Shown: in pieces, positions 8,911 through 17,846 of the stretch
Numbering within the stretch: position 1 is the first letter of the stretch
How the letters are laid out: every line of letters begins with the position of its first letter
Source of the DNA: Nitrospira sp.
Lineage (GTDB): Bacteria > Patescibacteriota > Minisyncoccia > Phycocordibacterales > DATDWN01
Assembly (NCBI GenBank): GCA_040079895.1
Contig: JBEBJM010000001.1
Span: 1-26,063, forward strand
Length of the DNA stretch: 26,063 bases
Direction: 5' to 3'
Notes under the pieces: model-generated
What the model saw: only the letters and a program-made list of their open reading frames with translations
The model's database searches: none
What the model was told of the DNA's origin: nothing
Made by a program: the position numbers and the translations under genes

Positions 8911-10815
8911 CTATTTTAGAGCACCCAAAAGATCTTTGAGGTTTATGTAAGCCACATCTATAACATCGTCTCCGCCACCGTAGTACATATATATTTTGTC
9001 TCCCCTAACCACCGCACCACAAGGAAAAACGACACAGTTGAATATACCTTTTGTTTCGTATGGTAAAAGTGGCTCAAATATGTAATCTGTTGTTCGAGAT
9101 AAAACATTTGTTGGGTCTTTCAAATCAAGTAAAACTGCTCCAACTCTATAAACTGCGTCATCAGAAACACCATGATACAAAAGTAACCAGCCTTTAGATG
9201 TTTTGATAGGTGGAGAAGAAATACCTACTTTTTTTGAATCCCACATACCATGACGAGGAGAAAGTAAAACTATATTTCTAAAATTATTCCTCTCTTTGAA
9301 ACTCGGTGTATCGCCAAAATCAACACAGATTTTGTTGTCCACTCTATGAAACAACATATACTTTCCATTTACTTTTTCTGGATGAAGACAGGCGTCTTTA
9401 TCATCAACTCCATCCCTCGTAACCAAAACCGGTTTTTTCCAATTCCATTTTCTTGCTAGAAAATCTTTCTCCGAGATGGACGTCATCGCAGCCGATGGCG
9501 GGGTCATGCCGTTATATGCCACATAACACATATATATAGTGTTACCTATTTGGGTCAGGCGAGGATCCTCGCAACCAGAGTTACCGTTTGGTATTCTTTT
9601 TTCTTCAAAAGATTCTTTGGGTGTAAAAATTGGTTTTGGAGATTGATATGTTATGGTTGTTCCATCTTTGCTCTCTGCGTATCCTATGACAGAAGTATTG
9701 TCCTGTCCCATCGCCCTGTATAAAATATGAGTTTTGCCACCCAAAAAAATAGCTGCTGGGTTGAAAATGGCTTTTGACTCCCACGGTATAGCTGGCTGTG
9801 CTACCAGTAAAGGCCCCTCTGTCAGTCGTTTAAAACCATCCTCAATGGGTGGGATTTTCATGCTCAACAACAGCGGTTTTAAAGGAACCTCTGCAACTGC
9901 TGTTGTTGTATCTGTCGCTCCGTAGTATATAACTAGTTTATCTTTTCTTATTAAAGCCCCGCTTGGAAAAATAGTGTTTGTAACCTGACCGTATTTCTCG
10001 TATGACTCCTCTGGGATGAGCAGAGAGCCTCGGGTCTTCCCTGCTATTTTTCTTGGGTCTTTCAAATCCAAAAGAAGCGCACGAATACCGAAGACTTTGT
10101 TATTTGTAAAATAATCACGGATGTGTGAGTAGACGAAAAGCCAACCTTCTTTTGTTTTTATAGGAACAGCACCGACTTCTACCTGATCCTGCTCCAACCT
10201 AGGAATATGCAGAGTGTGTTTATCTATTTCTTTGTACCATTTTTCCCAATACTTTAGACTCCACATATCCTCTATTTTTTTGAACTCGGCTATGCCGATT
10301 TTGGCCAAATGACCATCGTCTGTATCAACAGCGAGCATAGCGACGTATTTACCATCTATTTTTTCTGGAAAAAGCATCATGGCTTTCGCATTGAAAGGGG
10401 TGATGAGGTGCTTTTCGGATATTGTTTTCATATCGCGACTTATAGCCAGACCTACTTTTATACCACTTCCGCCAAAAGGAAAAACTGAAAGTGCTGTATA
10501 AAAAATAAAATACTTACCATCGATTTTTGTTACTCTGGGATCCTCTAGTCCAAACCTCTCCCAAATATGTTCTGGCTTTATGAAAACTTCACGTTTTTTA
10601 AAGTTTATACCGTCCGAACTAACAGCCTGACCTATAACAGAAAGAGAAAAGTGGTTATTTTCAAAAGTCTCTGGTAGTGACTGTGCGCGATATAGTAGAT
10701 GTATATTTTTCCCAACGACTATTGGATTTGCATTGAAAGTAGAAAAGTTTTCGAACGAATGTTCTTTGATTGGAGAAAGTATCGGATTACTTTTTGAGCG
10801 TTTTACGACGAACAT
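8911..10815 (-). CDS. Tandem two-domain GH130 (beta-mannoside phosphorylase-like) protein
   Basis: Two repeats, each with FN[A/P], LYRA, EDPR, [F/H]PEK[I/V][D/N]GKY, PIKTxxGWL, LLDLKDP, FPxGA and YYGxxD. Confidence 0.9.
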   Translation of the reverse strand: MFVVKRSKSNPILSPIKEHSFENFSTFNANPIVVGKNIHLLYRAQSLPETFENNHFSLSVIGQAVSSDGINFKKREVFIKPEHIWERFGLEDPRVTKIDGKYFIFYTALSVFPFGGSGIKVGLAISRDMKTISEKHLITPFNAKAMMLFPEKIDGKYVAMLAVDTDDGHLAKIGIAEFKKIEDMWSLKYWEKWYKEIDKHTLHIPRLEQDQVEVGAVPIKTKEGWLFVYSHIRDYFTNNKVFGIRALLLDLKDPRKIAGKTRGSLLIPEESYEKYGQVTNTIFPSGALIRKDKLVIYYGATDTTTAVAEVPLKPLLLSMKIPPIEDGFKRLTEGPLLVAQPAIPWESKAIFNPAAIFLGGKTHILYRAMGQDNTSVIGYAESKDGTTITYQSPKPIFTPKESFEEKRIPNGNSGCEDPRLTQIGNTIYMCYVAYNGMTPPSAAMTSISEKDFLARKWNWKKPVLVTRDGVDDKDACLHPEKVNGKYMLFHRVDNKICVDFGDTPSFKERNNFRNIVLLSPRHGMWDSKKVGISSPPIKTSKGWLLLYHGVSDDAVYRVGAVLLDLKDPTNVLSRTTDYIFEPLLPYETKGIFNCVVFPCGAVVRGDKIYMYYGGGDDVIDVAYINLKDLLGALK

Positions 10816-10827
10816 AGTTTTATTTTA

Positions 10828-11868
10828 TCATAAATCTAGAAAAGCTTTTATATCTTCCGCTATTAAAGTATACGCTCGGACAAATGAATCATCTATGTGA
10901 GCATATAAAATACCCATACCTTTTCCAGTTTCGACGAACTGACTTGCAAATGTAATTGCTCGTCCACCATCTTTTCCTGCTTCACTATCTTGTATAAAAG
11001 GTTCTGGAGAAACCCAATTAATTTTACCCTTTTCATAATCGTATATATAAAGTCCTATAGAAAAATCTCCATACTTTGTTTTATCGTCACTTTTATGATT
11101 AGCTTCACAACCATTTATTACACCCAATAATTTTCCTTCACCAACATCAATAAAGTTTTTAGAAAAAAGCGGGCCAGGGGATGCATGTCCTGCTATCCAA
11201 GGTAAATCATGATCTGCTGGATGAAAAGCTATTTCTCCATACTCCCAATTACTACCCATATCTTTAACAACAGCAACTTTAATAACAGAATATGTTGTAT
11301 CAGTTTTTCTATCTCTAGACTCAATCAAATTATAACGAAAACCTTTACTATTTAATGGGGCGATCGAAACCTCTTTGGCACTATTACTATAACTACCAAT
11401 CAACACTGGTTCTGTCATTTCTAGAGAATCAATATCCTTTCCCACAGCGTGACCCAGATGCACCATAGTTTTACCAACTTTATTCATATCTTTACCAAAA
11501 TGTATTACTGGAATTGTAAAATACAGATGCAATAAACCTGTTATATCATCTATCCAAATGTCAGGGTCTTCTAACCCTAATATTTCCCCATTTTCTCCAA
11601 TAAGTCTGCTAATTATATCCTCTTCATTTTTTATTTTTAATCTCTCTCCTATTTTAAAATCATCTAATGATTCACCTGTAATTTTATGAAGTTCACTCCT
11701 GTCAATATTACCTTTTATTGATATATCTCCTGAACGACTTGTTATACAACGAACTACTCCATCTCTATAATTTGTCCTAGGGTCTAAGGTAATCGCCATT
11801 ACATGTGCGAAATTATTATCTTTCTCAATTACTTTTCCTGAATGCTGAATATATTTATTTTTTTTCAT
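10828..11868 (-). CDS. Divergent five-bladed beta-propeller glycoside hydrolase/phosphorylase-like protein
   Basis: GLEDPDIW, HASPGP, FSIGLYIYD, ITFASQF and ILYAHIDD occur in the same order as GH130 motifs but are divergent; embedded in the GH130 operon. Confidence 0.55.
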   Translation of the reverse strand: MKKNKYIQHSGKVIEKDNNFAHVMAITLDPRTNYRDGVVRCITSRSGDISIKGNIDRSELHKITGESLDDFKIGERLKIKNEEDIISRLIGENGEILGLEDPDIWIDDITGLLHLYFTIPVIHFGKDMNKVGKTMVHLGHAVGKDIDSLEMTEPVLIGSYSNSAKEVSIAPLNSKGFRYNLIESRDRKTDTTYSVIKVAVVKDMGSNWEYGEIAFHPADHDLPWIAGHASPGPLFSKNFIDVGEGKLLGVINGCEANHKSDDKTKYGDFSIGLYIYDYEKGKINWVSPEPFIQDSEAGKDGGRAITFASQFVETGKGMGILYAHIDDSFVRAYTLIAEDIKAFLDL

Positions 11869-11882
11869 ATTATTTATTTAGT

Positions 11883-13043
11883 TTAGACGGTTACTGGTGA
11901 GGGTGCAAGCTTACCTAAATCTAAAAACCAAAAGTATATAAACAGAAGCGCAGAGAGCAGAAATACAAACGGTAAATGCGTGTAAAGAAGTGCCACAACA
12001 ACATACAGAATCAACCGACCAGAGACATTTGGTATCTCCCGAAGTACTAGAAACTGAGCATCATCATAGCGACCGCTATTAAAAAGAGCTGATTGGTAAG
12101 GAACAAGAAAGATTTTTACTGATAAAGTCAGTAATACTATGGCTAGGTAAAACAACCACGGGCTAGACATAAACTGACCAACATAAAAAGAGTAAACCCA
12201 CACCATACTCACAGCCACAGCTCCAATTCTCATTAATTTCTGCCAATTCCACTTGTCCGTCAGTTTACCCAAAGTTAACGTGAAAAAAATACCCGTAACA
12301 GCAATCAGAGACCCTATTATTCCTATTTGAGCAACACTTAATAAGTTTATGTAGATAAAAATAACTAAGATTCCCCCGCCACCTTCAGCAAAACTACTAA
12401 TAATCTCCGGTAGAAAAAAACTCTTTGATCTGCGCCAGACTGTTAACATTGAATCCTTGGTAAAAATAAAATTTGTTTTTTCTGACCTTAGTGGCCACAA
12501 AGGAACTGAAGCCAAAAAAACTAGGAACATGGACATAATGAACAAGGTCGGGAATCCGAGTTTGCTTATGATAAAAGCCCCAATAACTGGGCAAAGTATT
12601 GTAAGTAATTTGGGATAGCTAGACAGCTTACTAAAAGATCTCCCCATACTATTTTTATCTGTATTCCTTAAAAATAGGATGTTTCGAGGAATAAAATAAA
12701 ATGCTGCATCCGAACCCATAAGCACTGGAATTATAAAAAATAAGAAATGGTGCGTTGGAAGAATAGTCATCAACCAAAGATTTGAGATTAGTAATATAAA
12801 CCTAATTTGTAAACAGTGAACCAATCCTATTCTATTTGAACAATAAATAGTGACGAACATCACCAATAAAAATGACAAATCTAGTATAAAAGACCACAGC
12901 ATTACCATGGGTACCGAATATCCAAGTTTAAGTAAAAAAACCGGAATAAATATATTAACAAAACCAAGACCAAAGTCGTTCAGGATAACCATCTGAAAAA
13001 TTCTGTGCAACTGAGATTTCTGGACGTCTATATTTTCTGACAT
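11883..13043 (-). CDS. MFS transporter
   Basis: 386 aa, about 12 TM segments; SNRIGLVHCL and LGKLTDKWNWQKLM motif A-like loops. Confidence 0.88.
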   Translation of the reverse strand: MSENIDVQKSQLHRIFQMVILNDFGLGFVNIFIPVFLLKLGYSVPMVMLWSFILDLSFLLVMFVTIYCSNRIGLVHCLQIRFILLISNLWLMTILPTHHFLFFIIPVLMGSDAAFYFIPRNILFLRNTDKNSMGRSFSKLSSYPKLLTILCPVIGAFIISKLGFPTLFIMSMFLVFLASVPLWPLRSEKTNFIFTKDSMLTVWRRSKSFFLPEIISSFAEGGGGILVIFIYINLLSVAQIGIIGSLIAVTGIFFTLTLGKLTDKWNWQKLMRIGAVAVSMVWVYSFYVGQFMSSPWLFYLAIVLLTLSVKIFLVPYQSALFNSGRYDDAQFLVLREIPNVSGRLILYVVVALLYTHLPFVFLLSALLFIYFWFLDLGKLAPSPVTV

Positions 13044-13061
13044 AAAATCACCGTGGTTTTA

Positions 13062-14981
13062 TTACACCTCCTTTAACTGATACTCCTTTAAATCACCAGT
13101 TTTTAGATATTTTAATAATTGTTTTATTGGTGTTTTTGCGACACATACCACCTTATCACCACCTCCATAGTATACATATAAATCATCACCGCGTATTATT
13201 GCGCCAGAAGCATAAACGACGCCTGGTTTTCCATCGTTTTCATAATGCATATCAGGAGAAAGTATAGGGTGAGCAGAACGATGCAGGACTTTTGTTGGAT
13301 CGTTTTTATCTAGAACCATCGCTCCAAGCCTGTATTTACCTGTATCAGATTTTTCCAAAGCGTGATACAAAAGGAGCCAGCCCATTTCTGTCTTTACTGG
13401 TGGAGGGCCAGAACCTTTAAGTAAAAAGTCCCAACTGTTTTTCCTGCCCGGTTGTGGACCCTCTGGTCTAGGACTATAAATAATATCGTCAAATGTATCT
13501 ATGTCGTCAACATAATCCACTAAAACTTTTGGACTAATGCTGTGAAGTATAGCGTATTTGCCGTTTATCTTTTCCGGAAAAAGAAGCCAGTTTTTTGATC
13601 TATTTTCTGGAGATGATATGAGTCTAGGTCTTTTCCAGAGCCATCTACCGGCTTTAAAGTCGTCCAGACTTATGGATGTAATAGCGATGCGCATTGACCA
13701 CCATCCCTCGAAAGCTGTGTACATCATATAGACTGTATTTTCTATCAAAACTATTCGAGGATCTTCTGCCCCACCCCATCCACCCCCTGATACGTAGATA
13801 TAAGGGTTATAAGCCTCTGGACCCATTGTTTTTCCCGCCTCCGGCATACCATAACCTCTGGCTGGTTCATATATAGGGTACGGAGATCTGTCTGTGAAAT
13901 GCGTGCCGTTTTTACTTTTTGCATAGCCTACTCGAGAAACACCATCGCCCCCTATGGCTCTATAAACTAGATGTATAGTGCCCTCATCGTCCTCTACAAC
14001 AGACGGGTTAAATGCGCCTTCATTTTCCCAATGGTTATGTTTCAAAGGCTCCAGAATAGGGTTATGCTCTGATCTCTCTAGTATTTTCGGATGAAAACGC
14101 GCGTCCTCCACCTCTCTAAACAAAATTGGGATTTTAGCAACAACCAAGTTAAAATCTGCTGTCATCCAGTATATAAGAAAACTTTTTCCCAAAGTCACAA
14201 AACCTATGGACTTTATAGGCATAGATTTTTCTTTTGCCTCCACCACCCCCTGCCATATAGGCATACCACTACGCCAGAGAATATGTTTTGGATTTTTCAC
14301 ATCGACTATCACAGCCCCCACCTGAAGCAAACTTTTTGATTCGTGTTGAACACTTGCGTCGTATATTAAAACCATACCCTCGTTTGTGACTGTTCCACCA
14401 ACTATAGATATTTTTTCCATATCAAACTGACCGTTTCGTGAAGTAAAAAGTAATGTTGGTTTTTCTTTCCACAAAGAAAGTGATGTTGATGACTGATGTT
14501 TTATAAACAAACCATCACGATATAGCTCGAACTTATCTTTTACTCTGTCATACAAAACAGTTGAGTGGGTAGAGTCGTCGGCTTTTATTTCGGACATAAC
14601 TCTCCACTCCAGTAAATCTTTTGAGCGAGCGACTACTAGGACAGCGCCAGACTTTGCGTTTAGATATTTATAATAAGTCAAAACGTAACCGTTTGGAGTA
14701 CGAGAAATAGAAAAATTGGAACAATTTTTTAGATTTTCTTTTCGACCCTTTAAGTCAACTAGAGAAACGGATGATGGAACTGGTGTAAAATCCAAACCAT
14801 CTCCACTGGCAAGTAAAACCAAAGAACTGGTTGTCTTTTTATCTACCCTAGAGAGCATACAAACGCCACCTTCTACACCTATAACAGAAAGAGGAATACT
14901 AGGAACTTTTTTCTGTACCGCACTCTTTTTTGCGACTTTTTTCTTGACTGTTTTTGTTTTTACAACTTTTTTCTTTTTCAT
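13062..14981 (-). CDS. GH130 family protein with degenerate N-terminal propeller and Lys/Val-rich N-terminus
   Basis: C-terminal domain has AFNPSVV, LVYRAIG, AEDPRIV, KNWLLFPEKINGKY, GSGPPP, LYHAL, YRLGA and YYGGGD; the N-terminal half keeps only LQVGAVIVDVKNPKHILWRS-type remnants. Confidence 0.88.
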   Translation of the reverse strand: MKKKKVVKTKTVKKKVAKKSAVQKKVPSIPLSVIGVEGGVCMLSRVDKKTTSSLVLLASGDGLDFTPVPSSVSLVDLKGRKENLKNCSNFSISRTPNGYVLTYYKYLNAKSGAVLVVARSKDLLEWRVMSEIKADDSTHSTVLYDRVKDKFELYRDGLFIKHQSSTSLSLWKEKPTLLFTSRNGQFDMEKISIVGGTVTNEGMVLIYDASVQHESKSLLQVGAVIVDVKNPKHILWRSGMPIWQGVVEAKEKSMPIKSIGFVTLGKSFLIYWMTADFNLVVAKIPILFREVEDARFHPKILERSEHNPILEPLKHNHWENEGAFNPSVVEDDEGTIHLVYRAIGGDGVSRVGYAKSKNGTHFTDRSPYPIYEPARGYGMPEAGKTMGPEAYNPYIYVSGGGWGGAEDPRIVLIENTVYMMYTAFEGWWSMRIAITSISLDDFKAGRWLWKRPRLISSPENRSKNWLLFPEKINGKYAILHSISPKVLVDYVDDIDTFDDIIYSPRPEGPQPGRKNSWDFLLKGSGPPPVKTEMGWLLLYHALEKSDTGKYRLGAMVLDKNDPTKVLHRSAHPILSPDMHYENDGKPGVVYASGAIIRGDDLYVYYGGGDKVVCVAKTPIKQLLKYLKTGDLKEYQLKEV

Positions 14982-15322
14982 TAGACTCTGTTGTATTTAT
15001 CCTCTATTCGGACAATATCATCTTCATCAAACAGACCTGTGGATATTTCAAGAACCATAACGTCATCTACCGGTGCAGAAATCCTATGTTTTGTATTTGG
15101 CGCTATTGTAAACTCATCTCCCTCTTTTGGGTTCTCAGTTTTGTCCCCCACTACAATTTCCGGATTACCTTTTATTATTCTCCAGAACTCCTGTCTGTGT
15201 GTGTGATACTGCAAACTAAACTCCTCACCCTTGTTAATATTTAAAATCTTCACTGTGGAAGGTTCATTGTTTGTAAAACGAATAAAAGACCCCCATGGTT
15301 TTTTAATGGTAGTAGGATTCAT
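14981..15322 (-). CDS. Stand-alone cupin, mannose-6-phosphate isomerase type II C-terminal-like
   Basis: KKPWGSF...VKILNINKGEEFSLQYHTHRQEFW...HRI...LEISTGLFDEDDIVRIEDKYNR. Stop overlaps the next start (TAATG). Confidence 0.88.
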   Translation of the reverse strand: MNPTTIKKPWGSFIRFTNNEPSTVKILNINKGEEFSLQYHTHRQEFWRIIKGNPEIVVGDKTENPKEGDEFTIAPNTKHRISAPVDDVMVLEISTGLFDEDDIVRIEDKYNRV

Positions 15323-15328
15323 AAGATA

Positions 15329-15337
15329 ATTATATCA
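15329..15337 (-). promoter_or_regulatory. Extended -10 leaderless promoter
   Basis: TGaTATAAT, then 6 nt, then the ATG at 15322. Confidence 0.65.
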
Positions 15338-15365
15338 TATGAATCAAAATACAAGCGAGCAATAA

Positions 15366-16124
15366 TCACAGATATTGTCTCAAAAAATCGATTGTTTGAT
15401 CTGGGCCATCCTCCTGAATATAATCAACGTCTGTTTTCTTTACTGGAGCATCATTTCCACCAGCATAAAGAGCGTCCCCAACGAAAATAATATCATCGTC
15501 TGTAACCTCTAAAATCTTTTTTATTTTGCCTATGGCATAGGCCTTATCTAGACCTTTGCGAGTTATGTCGATAGAAGTCATACCTCCAAAACTAATATCA
15601 AACTGTGGTATTTTGTCTTTTAGATACCCTGCGATTTTCTGTCTTTTACTTTTATCAGGATCCCAAGATTCTTTAATTTGTATAGGAGCTTCTTGGCCAC
15701 GTCCAGAGAAAGTTATTTGACTACCACGGTCCTCGATAAGACTTCCGTAAATGTCTTTTGGATTAAAGTCCAACCCTGACTGCACTACAGCTTCTTTTAA
15801 AGCATATGTTATGTTTTCTCTTTCTTGTGCATCCAAACTCTCGTTGTATAACTGTTTCCATTCTTTACCTATACTGTCATAAACAAAACAAGTTGTGCCC
15901 ATAGTTGGGAAAAGATACAAGTTTTTCAAGACTTCTGGTCCACAGTGAAGCTGGGACAGAAACTGTTTCTCGAACTGTGAAAATGCACCCCCAGAAACAA
16001 CCACTAAAATATGTTTTAAAAGTAGACTACATATAACCTCCGCCATCTCTGGAGAAAGTTTGGATTTACTAGGAGCTAGAGTCCCGTCCAAGTCACAAAC
16101 GATTACCTTTTTAGCATTAACCAT
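15366..16124 (-). CDS. HAD-IIB hydrolase, eukaryote-type phosphomannomutase-like
   Basis: CDLDGTLAPSK, VVSGG, IEDRGSQITFSGRGQEAP, GGMTSIDIT, DKAYA and FVGDALYAGGND. Confidence 0.85.
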   Translation of the reverse strand: MVNAKKVIVCDLDGTLAPSKSKLSPEMAEVICSLLLKHILVVVSGGAFSQFEKQFLSQLHCGPEVLKNLYLFPTMGTTCFVYDSIGKEWKQLYNESLDAQERENITYALKEAVVQSGLDFNPKDIYGSLIEDRGSQITFSGRGQEAPIQIKESWDPDKSKRQKIAGYLKDKIPQFDISFGGMTSIDITRKGLDKAYAIGKIKKILEVTDDDIIFVGDALYAGGNDAPVKKTDVDYIQEDGPDQTIDFLRQYL

Positions 16125-16183
16125 AATATATGCTAATATTATAACATTAAATTAAAGAATGTTAGTAAAATATAAAACAGACA

Positions 16184-16573
16184 ATGATAAAGAAAACGGT
16201 ATACTTTTTTGATCGATTAGAAGACAGGGTAAGATCTAGACTTAGCCGATCCCCTATTTTATACGCCTTTTTAGGAGGAGTTGGGGTGGTTTTGTTCTGG
16301 AGAGGTATATGGCATTTGGCTGATAACGTAAACATGGGAGCTATAGTTTCTGTTATATTGGGTTCAATAATATTACTTATAACTGGTATTTTTGTTTCTG
16401 CTTTTGTTGGTAACAGACTTATTATTTCAGGACTCTCTGGTGATAAAAAACTAGCAGAAAAAACTGTCGGTGAGATAGAGACCGAAGAAGATCAGTTACA
16501 AAGAATGCAAAAAACTCTAAACCGAGTAGAAAACAAAATAGATGAGATAGAAAACGAGCTTGATAAAAAATAA
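16184..16573 (+). CDS. Hypothetical membrane protein with C-terminal coiled coil
   Basis: Two hydrophobic segments followed by a charged heptad-like tail. Confidence 0.75.
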   Translation: MIKKTVYFFDRLEDRVRSRLSRSPILYAFLGGVGVVLFWRGIWHLADNVNMGAIVSVILGSIILLITGIFVSAFVGNRLIISGLSGDKKLAEKTVGEIETEEDQLQRMQKTLNRVENKIDEIENELDKK

Positions 16574-16580
16574 CTAGTTT

Positions 16581-17030
16581 CTACTTTTTATCTATTTTTT
16601 GTAGCATCTCAACCATCATTTCGTTTTGGTTTTCTAGGTGAATCAAGATAGTTTCAATCTCCTGCTCGGCTTTTGTGTTAACCTCAAAATCAGCCTCTGC
16701 TCTAGCTTCAGCGTATTTGCCTTGTAGGTTCTGACCTATCATAAGGAGTGGCATTAGGAATATCTGAATCATGTTGGATATGAAAAGCCAAAAAACAAAA
16801 GCCGGATAAGGGTCAAACTGGAGCTCTGCTGGACCAAGTACGTTCCATCCAAGCCAAAAGACTGTCCAAGTCAAAATCACAAAGAAAAAACCCATAGTTC
16901 CTATGCGACTAGTAATCCACAAAGCAAAACGGTTTAGTTTTGTTAAGTTTTCCTTATGCTCAAGATTTACATTTCTAATAGGCTTTCTAGATTTTCTTAT
17001 TTCTTCAATAGATAAAGGTACTGGTTTCAT
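16581..17030 (-). CDS. DUF1003 family membrane protein
   Basis: RIGTMGFF, QFDPYPAFVFWLFISNMIQIFLMPLLMIGQN and ADFEVNTKAEQEI. Confidence 0.88.
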   Translation of the reverse strand: MKPVPLSIEEIRKSRKPIRNVNLEHKENLTKLNRFALWITSRIGTMGFFFVILTWTVFWLGWNVLGPAELQFDPYPAFVFWLFISNMIQIFLMPLLMIGQNLQGKYAEARAEADFEVNTKAEQEIETILIHLENQNEMMVEMLQKIDKK

Positions 17031-17050
17031 ATAAAAATAATTATAACAGA

Positions 17051-17623
17051 TTATATTGCTCTAGCTACTATCCCTATCAAAACAATACCGACAAAGTTAA
17101 AGAAAAAAGATATTGGGATAAACACAGACATTTTCATTTTCGAAAAACCAAGCAACCCAATACCCAACTCATCAGGAAGCGGAGAAGATATAATAAAACC
17201 ACCTAAAAGAAAAGTGAACCATCGAAAATATTTTAGTTTAAACAGCGCTCTCACCCTCTTCCACCAGCTCTCGTGTTTTACGAGCTCAACCAAATGCTCC
17301 GACAGCCTGTCTTCTATAAACCTAAAAATAATAACATCACCAACCACTGCACCGAGAGCTCCAAAAAAGGCTGTTAAAATAAGAGAGTTGGAATGAGCTA
17401 TCTCTCCCAAAGTCACTATAGCAGGAGCTGTTGTAAATACAGATGTAAAAAACATACCAGCAATAAAGCTTCCTGCAAACTTTAGACTGGCGGTAGAAGA
17501 GAGGAGGCTTTCTAGGGCACCTGTTTTAGAAAGCATAATAGCCACAAGAACACTCATTGCTATGATAGCAATATCTTGACGCACAAAACTGGATTGTGAG
17601 TGTAGTCTCATTTTAAAAAACAA
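17051..17623 (-). CDS. Hypothetical membrane protein, DedA/VTT-like
   Basis: Multi-TM; GALGAVVGDVIIFRF and SPLPDELGIGLLG resemble DedA/VTT folds. Confidence 0.6.
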   Translation of the reverse strand: MFFKMRLHSQSSFVRQDIAIIAMSVLVAIMLSKTGALESLLSSTASLKFAGSFIAGMFFTSVFTTAPAIVTLGEIAHSNSLILTAFFGALGAVVGDVIIFRFIEDRLSEHLVELVKHESWWKRVRALFKLKYFRWFTFLLGGFIISSPLPDELGIGLLGFSKMKMSVFIPISFFFNFVGIVLIGIVARAI

Positions 17624-17640
17624 AAATATAAAAAATCTAA

Positions 17641-17697
17641 CTATCTAACTTTTTTTGGTTTCTTTTTTTCTTTTTTGTGTGTTTCTCCTTTTGACAT
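17641..17697 (-). CDS. Small basic peptide MSKGETHKKEKKKPKKVR (18 aa)
   Basis: ATG at 17697 to TAG at 17641, preceded by TGaTACAAT-N6, the same architecture as at murI, ftsX and the cupin gene. Confidence 0.55.
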   Translation of the reverse strand: MSKGETHKKEKKKPKKVR

Positions 17698-17703
17698 AGA
17701 TAT

Positions 17704-17712
17704 ATTGTATCA
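17704..17712 (-). promoter_or_regulatory. Extended -10 leaderless promoter for the sORF
   Basis: TGaTACAAT, then 6 nt, then the ATG at 17697. Confidence 0.55.
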
Positions 17713-17732
17713 TTTATTTTATTTTTTGAGTA

Positions 17733-17846
17733 AAGAAAAAAGCCTAACGACGGCGACGACGACGATATACGACGACGAGCGACGAACGAAAGGCTTTCCC
17801 CAACTGGGGACTAATAGAAACTATTGATGCCGTGCTGGGACACGGC
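17733..17846 (-). ncRNA. Candidate structured RNA / complex 3' UTR-terminator downstream of the TraR-like gene
   Basis: Four consecutive hairpins: 17829-17846, 17813-17825, 17797-17810 and 17739-17797. The last contains a symmetric CG ladder and is followed by a U-rich run on the minus strand. Confidence 0.5.

Noticed and set aside
17746-17790. DGR template repeat or CRISPR array
   Set aside because: No reverse transcriptase, no variable-repeat partner differing at adenines, and no repeat-spacer periodicity.
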